A stretch of 63,960 bases of DNA, the filler included, from Lenisia limosa (lineage: Eukaryota; Protista; Breviatea): assembly GCA_001655205.1 (NCBI GenBank). It is 12 parts of 12 records of this genome, joined end to end, with 100 filler letters (N's around TTAATTAATTAA, not from the genome) between each part and the next. Parts side by side here need not be neighbours in the genome. Positions count along the whole stretch, not along the records: positions 9,503 to 25,708 come from LPNZ01010319.1; positions 25,809 to 32,723 come from LPNZ01004865.1; positions 32,824 to 38,085 come from LPNZ01011367.1; 9 more parts are not named here. One strand, 5' to 3'. The notes under the pieces are model-generated. The model searched no databases, had not been told where the DNA came from, and saw only the letters and a list, made by a program, of their open reading frames with translations. The stretch's first letter is position 1; each line of letters starts with the position of its first letter. A program made the position numbers and the translations under genes. This document shows positions 25,491 to 36,419 of the stretch, piece by piece.

Positions 25491-25977
25491 TTTCCTCAGC
25501 ACTTTGACATTCGATGTGTTCACGCTTGTTGTTGACGGTGTTGGCGTTGATGATAGTAGCGTTATGATGCAGGACTGTATATGATACGAAGCTATATCGT
25601 TGTCATCCTTGTCACTAAGGGTGCGATTGATTGTTATTATTAAGTTAAAAACAGTTGAAATTTTTAAGTGCGCGATAAAATTATTCTTATAAGCGTGATG
25701 GTGTGGACNNNNNNNNNNNNNNNNNNNNNNNNNNNNNNNNNNNNNNNNNNNNTTAATTAATTAANNNNNNNNNNNNNNNNNNNNNNNNNNNNNNNNNNNN
25801 NNNNNNNNAACCTTTGTGTGCACCATTTCCCCCCTCCCCCTTCCCCTGGTCATGTAATATACCTTTTTGACCATCAAAAAATACAAACGACCAGCTTATG
25901 CACTGTAATCTTGTATGAGTTGCAGAAAAATAGTATCCTTCAATTCTCCAATTGAGGAGGATAACTCAAAGCACTAG

Positions 25978-28900
25978 AATCCTAGTTTTATACCCACACG
26001 GCCTGTTCATCTTTTTATCAGAGGATCATCCAATAATTGTGTAGTTCCGATCAACCCTGTCATCACTAGCGAAGAACCAAAATTTGAGATTACTCATTTC
26101 TCTGTCACAAATGCGCATGATATCCAATTCAGTCATAGCTCCGGTTGGTTTTTGGGTGTGGTTTTTAGTGGACATTATGAGAAACAAAAAAGGTACAATT
26201 ATATTGTCAGTTACTTCTTGATCATAGCTGATACTTTAGATGGCCTTAAATTGGCGTATATCCACGAAGGAACTGTCCGTAAATGGACCATATCGTTCGA
26301 TGGGGTAAACCTCTTTGCTGAGCAGGTTAGTTACAATACTGAGATAAAATACAATGCTTGGGCTAGTATATTATGAATCTACCGCTTTCAAATGATTAAG
26401 TCAAAACCACCCTTCACCAATCTAGGAGGCTGTTATTCCTATTCTTCTCCATGGCAGCCTTATCTCCCTTTCTTGTCGTAGAAACGCGGTTGGTTAGGAG
26501 GTTTTTTTTTCGATTTTACCACAAATATTGCTATTGTGGTGCGAAAAAAAATGCATAAATCTCCTATTAGCTTCAGATTCATTGCCAGCGGTAAAGATGT
26601 CATAACGTCGGTACCTTCAAAGCTTCTATGCTCCATGCTATCCCATATTGAGAGTACACTTCATGCGAAAGACATCTTGAATATTGCTTCATCTGGCCAA
26701 CGCCGTCATATTATAACCCATTCTGCTGAGCAGGCTGCACAACGAATAAATCGTATTGGAACAGCCCATTCGCTGTATACGTATGATTTCTCAACTCTCT
26801 ATACCAAATTCATACAGTCTGACCTCATCAATGAATTTAAAAGCACAGTTGACGAAGCCTTCACCTATATTTCCGAACGTGATAACACCTCTATTGACCA
26901 TCTGAAATTATGTCTGAAATCCGGTTTCATTCAACGCCAACATGAAACTAATAGTATCTTGTCTAAATCTGATATTTATGAACTTATCCACTGGGTTGTC
27001 TCTATTACGTATGTCCACAATGGTGATCTCACCTTTCACCAAACGATCGGCCTACCCATGGGTACCAATGCAGCTCCTCTGCACGCTAACCTTGGGCTGT
27101 ATCGTCATGAAAGGGATTTTGTCACGAGTCACGACGACACAGTGATATCAACCTTTAACGCCATAAGGTTTATTGACGATATTCTACTTATTGACCCTCA
27201 TCATAGCTTCTATAAACATATTGTATCGACATCTGATGATATTGACCCTATATATCCAAGCTCTCTACAGCTATCACAAATGTCCGCTTCCACAACCGAA
27301 GTGGGTTATCTTGGGACAGATTAGTCTTCATTGGAATCATATCAATACTTCAATTTACGATAAACGTAGGGAATTTAGCTTCAAAGTCAATCAATACCTT
27401 ATAATATTCATTCGACTATTCCAAAGCATATTGTGAAAGGTGTCTTGAACGGGCAACTCACGCNNNNNNNNNNCGCCTACAACGCTGCTCGTCTCATCCT
27501 GACCCTCAACAATAATGGATATCATATACTATTGCATTCCTTAAGAAGTTGACGATATCATTCATATTCAAATTCAAGCTCGCATTTATGACACCCCATC
27601 AAAGTAAACTGAGGGGGCTTCTGCTAAGCATCCTCACTGGCTCATAGACTAGGGGATCTCTACACCTGAGACCTAGTCCTACTATTAAGCCACTTATTAT
27701 CCCATTCTCCTATGAGGACGTTATAATCACTATGATAGTGTTTGTTCCATAAAGCCTTTGATGTCTGCAATTCTAACTCTCTGGCTCCTCCTAAGCGTTT
27801 AGGAGGGCCTACATGGGTTACTATGCAAGGACGTACGTCCTTATTCATTAATCTAATCCTTGTAGGTATGCTGGGGAGGCACGCAGAAAGCTGTGTGCAC
27901 AGAGTTGTCAGGCAAATGATTGGGTGAATTAATATTTATCGTCTATAATCATTATAACCATTATAAACGTGATGATGTGGACGGCTTTGGCCTGATACTC
28001 TTATTTTTTCTTATTTCTACATATTGTGGTGCGAATTAAGTTCATCATTTTCTTCAGAGCGAAACAGACCTGAGTATCATTTCCACCCCAACTGGTCTAC
28101 ACATTCTCAAAGGAAATGGTGGGATGCGGTTTATCTCAAAGAAATTTCAAACTGGAAATAGTTTTTTACCTTCAGAGAATGCAGTTTTTTTTTTTGGCTT
28201 TTCTTTAGGTTTCCTCAGCCTCTTCTGTTGAATAATTATAATAGTGTTCCACTCGTCGGGAAGAAGGCTGACAGAATCCTTTATCGGTTGGGGATGGTTA
28301 ACATTATTATTGTGATTACTCGCATTCATCCTACAGACATACGGTTCCTTGGCAATGGGCACGAAATAGTAGCAAGAAGTAACGATACCATCTTCGAGTT
28401 TTTGATTGACGAGTGGGGGGGGGGGTATTGGAAAAAAAAATAGTATGCGATAATTTTATAACACTGAAAATAAATATTTGTATTTTGTCCTCCTGATCTC
28501 TCACGATTTTAGGGAAAATGTAAGCAGAAGAAGTAGAAGTGCCAAAGGATATTGAGTTTCATTCATCTTCTTTTCTTTTTCTTGATTCAATGTTTCTACC
28601 ACCGTTTTTCTGTTTCCAGTGACTCTTTTTAGGCAATAGTTCTACCTGTCGATGTTTGGAGCCCTTTGGTTGTTGATATGATGGGGTGAGTTCAAGAGAG
28701 ATATGTTTATTTCCTTTGAAGTTCTTCCCTTCTCTTGAATCGTTTCTGGTAGACGCTTCTGTTTCTGTTACTAACCCCCCTCCCCCACAGCGTTGAGTCT
28801 CTTGACGTCTCTCCTTGTGGGACCCTTTTGACAATGGGAGTGACAATGGTGGAGCGGCCTTCAACTGCTCGTTCTACAATCGCGGTTTTCCCCCGATACA

Positions 28901-29430
28901 GAGGTATGTGTGGAAAACCGGGTTTTCCTTGGGGGAGATCTTGTCTCTCTCTCAATTGAATCAACAATTTAGCAATGTTACCTTTTGAAAACTTCCAACA
29001 CATCTTTGCTGAGTCCATGATTCGTATTACAAGACAGAAATCAATCAGGTTGGTAACTTAAATGGTAATAGACGCGTTTTACCAACTTTGCTTTGGGGTA
29101 GCTTCCAAGCTATTCATATTTACTGCAGTGAGTACCACCCTGTTCACCTTGAGACACTTTTGGCATCTCTCCTCTTCACGCCCAACTTCATTGCAGGTTT
29201 GATTCTGGGGTTGCACTCGTGTTAGAATCATATCATATGAGCATTCCCCACAGAGAAAGCAACTGTCTGGTTGAAGACCACCATCATATTTTATGGGAAT
29301 ATTGAAAATATAGAACCTTACCCCCTCTCAGAAAAAGTTGTTCAGCCTACCATGCCTGCTGATAAAATCAGTACTGCCAAGTCGCTTTCATGGTATTTCG
29401 ACACAAACTGTGGAAGGCACTTTGTTGATA
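25978..29430 (+). CDS. Multi-exon gene, unassigned; hosts the Penelope-like insertion in an intron
   Basis: Exon-like frames at 25978-26325, 26401-26487, 28059-28122, 28211-28290 and onward. There is a donor near 26488 and an acceptor at 28058 on either side of the PLE. Confidence 0.4.
26546..28021 (+). mobile_element. 5'-truncated, frameshifted Penelope-like retroelement (RT with no C-terminal endonuclease visible)
   Basis: KMHKSPISFRFIAS, YTYDFSTLYT, QTIGLPMGTNAAPLHANLGLY, RFIDDILL, IYPSSLQL, GYLG, then after frameshifts IYDKRREFSF and HSTIPKHIVKGVLNGQL. Flanked by a 14-bp direct repeat TATTGTGGTGCGAA at 26532-26545 and 28022-28035. Confidence 0.88.
27865..28018 (+). repeat. Family C dispersed repeat (~150-165 bp), identical in kind to the PLE 3' terminus
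   Basis: GGTATGCTGGGGAGGCACGCAGAAAGCTGTGTGCACAGAGTTGT(A/C)AGGCAAATGATTGGGTGAATT...GCGTGATGGTRTGGACGGCTTCGGCCAGATAC. Copies at 8738(-), 25685(+), 40975-41125(-), 41334-41434(+), 44624-44743(-), 54297-54356(-), 55455-55514(+), 57303-57353(-), 59734-59858(-), 60897-60930(+), 61191(+). Confidence 0.92.
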
Positions 29431-29794
29431 TCAAGTATGCATGAATAATTGTGAATCACATTCTTTTTTAAAAGGGGAATTATCCACTTTGCAAATTCAC
29501 AGAAAGGTATGTATAGCACCGTTTTCACCTAAACAACTGTGATACATTCGCAATGCTGTGATGGTGTAAACTGCTTCAAAATATGTATTTTATCATTTAT
29601 GCATTCCTCTCATTTCTCCTTCACCCCTTTCTTCCCTGTTAACATTTTAGGCCAAACAGAGTGGAGATTTCACGAAGGGCAGCCAGTTTAGCCTTGTTTA
29701 TTGAAGTTTGAGGAAGAGACTATTGTATTTTTTAGTCTTATGAATATATCATCTTGGAGGAGAAACTTAGCGTCGTTTTTTTTACTGTTTCTCT

Positions 29795-32150
29795 AGTACC
29801 TTACTTCCAATCCTTCCACTTGGAAAAAACCTGAAAACGCACCGACTCTTGGATTCTCGGAAGCGTAAGAGGGGTTTCGGGTGCCTGAATCATGTTGTGT
29901 AGTTTATATATGATATGATATATGATATATATATGATATATTTCATCAATTACACTTTCAGATTCAACTTTGATGGCGATATTCGTTCTCAAATTGATCC
30001 AACCAACCGCCTGTCCCCACTCTACTGCAAGCCTGAGGTGAGGGATGCACTCAATTTTGCTCACGAATAGTTCAAGAGTTTTCACAAATTTTCCGCTCAC
30101 CTATCACCCCCAGGAGAACATTGTTCCTGGAGTGCACAACGTTCTTGTTAATGCAGGGCTGCAGTCCGTTTTCACACCTGTTCATAAGGTTGGATTTTTA
30201 TTACTGGAGAGATTGCCCACATCATAAGAAAAGCTAGTAATTTTTCAGGCGATTGTGCAGAGTACGCGTGCCCTTGCCAGCGCAATGACAACCTGGATGG
30301 ATAGCACAGCTGCTGAGCGCTCAACTATGCTTGCTGATGACGCCGATGGTGAGGGGGAACCAGTATCTTTGATGAAACCACCCCAATATTCAACTTCAAA
30401 TTTTTATGTTTACCCCCCCCCACCCACCTGAGCTTTGTTTCGTTGTTCAATTTTTCTTATCAACCCTCGTGTGTTAATTATTAGCCAACAGNNNNNNNNN
30501 NNNNNNNNNNNNNNNNNNNNNNNNNNNNNNNNNNNNNNNNNNNNNNNNNNNNNNNNNNNNNNNNNNNNNNNNNNNNNNNNNNNNNNNNNNNNNNNNNNNN
30601 NNNNNNNNNNNNNNNNNNNNNNNNNNNNNNNNNNNNNNNNNNNNNNNNNNNNTTGCTTGTTTTGTTTTTTGTTTGTTTGGAGCTTCAGATTATTCGGTTC
30701 GTGATTAGTACCGTTACGCCCCCCCGCCAGGCACAACAGACCAGATGCTGGGCTTCACTGAGCCTGATGTTCCTTATCCACATGCGTCTTGGTCCGGTTT
30801 CATGGGTTCCATAGACAACTCACAGAGTAAGCAGGGGGTAGGGAGGCTTTTAATAAAGATACGAAGATAATAATTACAGATTTTCTTCTTTGTTTTTGTT
30901 TTTTTTACCACGTTTCAGGTTTGGTTAACCTCCTTGTACTTACCAACAAACTCCTCAACTTTGACAACCTAAAAACTGCTGTGGTGTCTGACAGGTCTGG
31001 GGGGGGGGGTGACGTGATTTTTTTTTAAAAAAAATCTCACTTTTTACAGCTGTTCAATGGGGCCATCACCTGAGAGCCTCACTAAAATTGTGCAAAACTG
31101 TGCCACGCTCCTGAGGGCAAGCAAGCTACATGATATAGCAGAGGTGCTTATTCTCCATGCAGGTGTCTTAGGTAAGGAATCGCTGATAAGTAGAATATTG
31201 GAATTATTGATGACATTTTGATGAACACAAACTTTGTTTTGGAACGTACCTGAGGTGATGATGTTATTTAATTTTGTTTTCAATCTTGTATTTGTGAGAA
31301 AGTGTAACTCAGTAGACTGCCCGTCTTCAGATAAATGCACAATCTGTGATGAAAGTGGGGATGGGGGAGTAAATGAGAAGTGCTTATAATGGTTCACTGT
31401 TTATCTTTTTGGAACAATTTCGTTATTTCAGAAATTGATGCCATTTCCTGCTTCCGAGAAACCTGTGCGTCATGTGCGTGTTGCCTGGGTGAGTGGGTGG
31501 ATACAGTTGGACAGTGGGTATTATTTGGTGCCATTATGTTGTTGTCTCTTTAAATCAAATTGATCTCAACACACCAGCTCTACTCATCTTTGTGCTTTTT
31601 TTGCTGTTCTCAACACTACCTGTCTTATCTCAGCAGAAAGGTGCCCTGTATCCCTTCTGTTGCCTTCAACCGAAACACCAGCATCAACTTGTCTCGCATG
31701 TTACCGCGAGGTTGACGGAAGAATATCTCAAGGTTAGTCTTTTATTCTGTAATCTAGATGATGACATCTTTTCAGCTTTTTCTCTCTGACCATTGTAGTC
31801 CAGCTGAAGCCGTTTGACATCGTCCCTCCTGTACCAAGCAGTAAAAGACAGACTCACATACAGAACAAAAATCCTGGTGCTGGCGGACAAGCATCTTTTT
31901 CTTCTGTTAGTTTTTGACCATATTCCCATTTTTCATATGTTCCCCCCACCCCCTTTTTTTTTGATAAACAGAACTTAACCTTTCTTTAAAGACTATGAGC
32001 GTCAGTTCCCAGTTCTCCTTTGTATCTGGTCTTTTGTGGCATCCAGCTCAAGGTGAGGTTATAACACTGTTGACTCATTTGTTCCTTTATTGATTCACTT
32101 TTCAGGTTGTCTGGGGTGTGGCAGTAATTCTTTGGTCACTTTGTAGAGTA
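29795..32150 (+). CDS. Multi-exon gene, unassigned
   Basis: Phase-consistent exons: RFNFDGDIRSQIDPTNRLSPLYCKPE|ENIVPGVHNVLVNAGLQSVFTPVHK|AIVQSTRALAS...|GTTDQMLGFTEPDVPYPHASW...; no family recognised. Confidence 0.6.
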
Positions 32151-32297
32151 GTGGTTTCTTTATGATGTCTCTTTATTAATTGTATAATATAGTAATGTTG
32201 TCCTTTATTCTATAAAGGGATTTGTCCATCACAGAAAAATAAAGTAGTATTATACATTAATAAGAATCATTACATAACCTTATCCCCATGTACTAGC

Positions 32298-32723
32298 CTA
32301 AGCGGCAACAAACTTATTGAGAAGTCTCTGGGTCACAAGGAAGCCACCACCGACGTTAATTGAAGCAACACAAACGGCAATAAGAGAAAGGATGGACACG
32401 GTTCCGTCAAGGTTGTTGTCAATAACCTGAGTAATACCACCAAGAATGACAATTCCTAAGAAAAGTTAGAAAAATTATGAAGGGTTGGAAACAACATCTC
32501 TTTTGCTCACCTGAGATAGCGTTGGAAACGGACATAAGAGGAGTGTGTAGAGAGGCCTGGACGTTGTTGATGACAGCCCATCCGACGTAGCAAGATAGGA
32601 CGAAGACGAAGAGTTGGGCAATAAAGCTAGAAGGTGAGGAAGATCAAGAGGTTTAGAGTGTCCTTCATACCTGGTGGGAGCGAAGATTGCGGCAAGAACG
32701 AGAAGAATCACACCGACCACGCC
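32298..32723 (-). CDS. NNT: NAD(P) transhydrogenase, C-terminal membrane part of the alpha moiety (5' truncated at scaffold end)
   Basis: FVLSCYVGWAVINNVQASLHTPLMSVSNAISG|IVILGG...LIAVCVASINVGGGFLVTQRLLNKFVAA-TAG; matches the PntA C-terminus. Confidence 0.93.
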
Positions 32724-32823
32724 NNNNNNNNNNNNNNNNNNNNNNNNNNNNNNNNNNNNNNNNNNNNTTAATTAATTAANNNNNNNNNNNNNNNNNNNNN
32801 NNNNNNNNNNNNNNNNNNNNNNN

Positions 32824-35800
32824 AAGCTTCAGTGACCCTGCAGTGTTAGGGCTTTGACAGCGAATGAATAAGAAGGGACAATTCATTAGCCCTCCCAACC
32901 CATAGTATCGAAGATAGGAGTGACGTTGGTGAGCTGAGTTTGATCGCACTCGTCTGTCCACACCAAGCGGGATTTGCCAGTAAGAGCGATAGAAAGCTCA
33001 CACGTGAAGGTCTCCTGAAGTGTTAATAGTGCGGGCCGATTTAATGAGAACTGATTGAGAGCCTATATCTTAGCCCCTCAAACCGCATTGTTGCTGTCGA
33101 CGACGGGCGTAGTCTGAAAGCCGCTGAAGTTGAGGCTGTGCTGCTTCAGAACCTTCAGGAGCTGGTTCTTCGCCTCCATGTCCTTGTTGTCGGCCTTGGG
33201 ACTAGACGCGATGATAAAGCATTTCATGTACAACTATCATTATCCCCTNNNNNNNNNNNNNNNNNNNNNNNNNNNNNNNNNNNNNNNNNNNNNNNNNNNN
33301 NNNNNNNNNNNNNNNNNNNNNNNNNNNNNNNNNNNNNNNNNNNNNNNNNNNNNNNNNNNNNNNNNNNNNNNNNNNNNNNNNNNNNNNNNNNNNAAGGCAA
33401 TGAGAGTTCGGAAGAAGACAGGGTCCACCGGGAACGTTACATCGTCGCAAACGAGATGCCGCGTGTTGAAGTCGGGGCTACGGGGTGAGATGGGGTGGGT
33501 AGAGGTTGGATGAAAGAGCCACCACTCACAGCGCCTTGAGATGAATGAAAGCCGCCCATAGGTGTTCGAGGCTGATGTCTTTCAAGGCAGGAATGAACTC
33601 AGAAATGCCTGAACAATATGTAAGGCTATGTGTTGAAAAGGCTCAGATTTAGTATTGCAAGAAAGAAAGGCACAAACCGGCCATGGCGGCGCAGGCAACA
33701 AAGTCAAGGTTGAGGAGGGGGGAGCTCCGCTGCCTGGCTCGGATGGAGAAGTTGGTTCGGAGGAAATTGATGTCCATAAGGCGGAACTTCTCTNNNNNNN
33801 NNNNNNNNNNNNNNNNNNNNNNNNNNNNNNNNNNNNNNNNNNNNNNGGGTTGTGAGGGGCTTGATCAGTATTGCATGGATGTATCTGTTTTATGATTGAT
33901 TCGTCTATTATGATTATGAGAAGCACAAATAGTCTTGCTCTTTATCTTAAAAAGAGAGGGAGTACCACAAAAGGGTTTCTAAATGATGGGATTGTAGCCG
34001 TCCAACCTTCGTCCTTGAGGGGCTTCGGGGTAACAAATAGAACAGTCACATCACGAGCTTTGTTGGCAATCACTGCGAAAGTTAAAGTGGCCTCAAATCA
34101 ACTTCTACTTAGTAACAATTAGTACCAAAAGTAACTAGTTAATATAATGAAACTAATCCAGAGGGGGGGGGGCTTACATTGAACAACCAAAGCAACTGAG
34201 TTGGTGCTGACAAGGTGCTTCATTCCCTGCTGGTGTTAACAGATCTAAATCCTGGCACCAATGCTCAGTTAAAACTACATGTCTACATACATACATACAT
34301 ATATATATATATACTATATAAAAGTCCCAAGGCAAAAGCCGTACTCACCGGCTGGATTGCCTCTCTCTGGTTGATTTCGGATATGATTTTCGACTCAATG
34401 GAGCCTGCAGTGTCGGCACCTTTAGATGATAAAAGACAATAATGTGGACCATAAAATATTTGAGCAATAGAACGCAGTTATACTATTCATAAGATTGGGA
34501 AATAATACAGATGCTGCCGTTCATAAAGAGGGAAACGAAGTCTATCGCAGCACTCATACGGACCCTTACCATTGAGGAAGGAGCACAAGACGCCACCGGC
34601 CTGAGAGCACTTTCCAACGTGCGTGTAGAGCGCAGACGCGCATACAGCCTCCAAAACCCGGGAGGTGTAGTGTCCAGGCATGACCTGAATATTGTTTACA
34701 ATGAAAATAAATAAGAGAAATATGGGGAACCATCTGGCAAACATTCACGATTAGACTAAGTCAAAGAGCCTTTGTGAGTACAATATAATATTATATCATC
34801 TCAAGAGCCGAACGCTTCTGGAGAAAACACAGCATTCAAACATATTTAGCAGCAGGCCCTACCTCGTAGGGGGTGATTGCGCCTGAAACTTGGTGTCCTG
34901 ACAACTAGGGTGTGAAGTGTGCGTTTGCAAAAGGGTACAAAGGAGTATTGCAAAAAGGCAGGGACGTTGTTTGATGCAAAGGATGATTGTGTTGGTATAA
35001 AGTTGAGAAGCATATCTGAAAAGCCTACGCTGCGAAGATCAGGAATTCTTTGCTGGAGTTGAACATTGGGAACTGAAAGAATTAAAATGTAACTCCACCG
35101 TTGAAACCCCCAGAAATTTCGTCTGACATAGTGAATATCGATAAACTACATGTACATGCAGTTATCAACAATAGCTGGCTGTGTTAAAGCAACGAGCCCG
35201 TCATCACAATTATTATTAATGATAGAACATAATAAGCTTGGACAGCAGAGATACAACGTTGCAAAACGGTTTTCAATTACACCTTCGAAAATAACAGCCT
35301 GAAGAGAAACCTGATGAAAATATTACTTCATTTTGAATTTTGTAAGGTGGCTGTCAGGAAGGTAATAGTGAATCTTCAATTTCGAATAGAGTAGGCTAGG
35401 GGTGAAGCAAAGCATTACATGGTCACCTTGGCCTTCTAAAGCAATAAAGACAGATTTTGATGCTTTGGCGAACTCCAAGACTTCGAAAATATCCTGTAGT
35501 AAGGTAAGCGCTATACATGCACAAATAAACAGATGATCTTGTGTTTCTGTGTTCGTAACTAAAAGTAAAAGGAGTCTGTTCCTGAATTTCTCGTTTTAAA
35601 AGTCCATGTCAACACGTCTTCATGTCATTCTGTCACACCCCTTCAAGAAACAATAACAACAACAATCAAAAGACAAAGAAAAGTGACTTCAGGGATTTCA
35701 AAATTCACTGTCCAAAACCCTTACCTGATGGATCCCTTGGCTTATGTCACTCAAGGAACGGTCAAGAAAGTGCTTTTGGAAGAATGGTTTCACATCAATG

Positions 35801-35970
35801 TAGAAGTGATCACTGCCAAAGCTACTCGGTCAATTCTCTCATTCAAAAGAACAACATACAGCTCTTTCTCAAGTTTTATTCCCTTAATCACGTCTGGAAA
35901 CTCGGCCTCAACCTAAGTACATAAAAAAAAAACCTTTTAACCTTACATATTCCAAAAATGGCGACGCCAT
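32824..35970 (-). CDS. XRN-family 5'-3' exoribonuclease-like protein with a degenerate catalytic site and a possible C-terminal dsRNA-binding domain (3' truncated)
   Basis: Spliced: DHFYIDVK; KSVFIALEG; VMPGHYTSRVLEAV; FLNGADTAGSIESKIISEI; KHLVSTNSVALVVQLIA; LDFVACAAMAGISEFIPALKDISLEHLW. These are colinear with the XRN motifs LYLDMN, AIDG, TPGT, PGEGEHKI, GxDADL and GNDFLP. Confidence 0.65.
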
Positions 35971-36419
35971 TTTTTTTATATAATCTGACAACCCCCACTC
36001 TAAATCACTAACTCTGGCTTCTGACTGCTGTTGGCCTGTTGCTTGCTGTTGCCTTGTGTTGGCGATAAAAATAACATAAATAAAAATATACCTGGGTGAT
36101 GGTATTGGTGCTCAAATAAAAATGTTAGAACAAGAACATATGATCATATGTGAGAGTCACAGGGTCACAGGGTCACAGGGTCAGCACAGGTCACAGGAGA
36201 GTCATTAATTATGAGAGCGTCATGGTACAAATGAAGAATTTCTGGAACCTGCGGGGTTTAGATGTCTGTGTCTTTTCCCTTCAAGAATGGGGGTTTTTTC
36301 GACCTTTTATTCGGAACACTAATCAAATAGTCTATATATAATAAGATTCTAGTGAACAAACCCTTTTGTGGGATGAATTAAAAGGTCTGACCATCATTCT
36401 AAGGCAGCTATAGTCGAAA

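Noticed and set aside
27640-28020. Canonical hammerhead or HDV-like ribozyme in the PLE UTR or in families C/D
   Set aside because: I found no CUGANGA-stem-GAAA-stem-UH arrangement or HDV nested pseudoknot on either strand by eye. Only a covariance search can exclude it.
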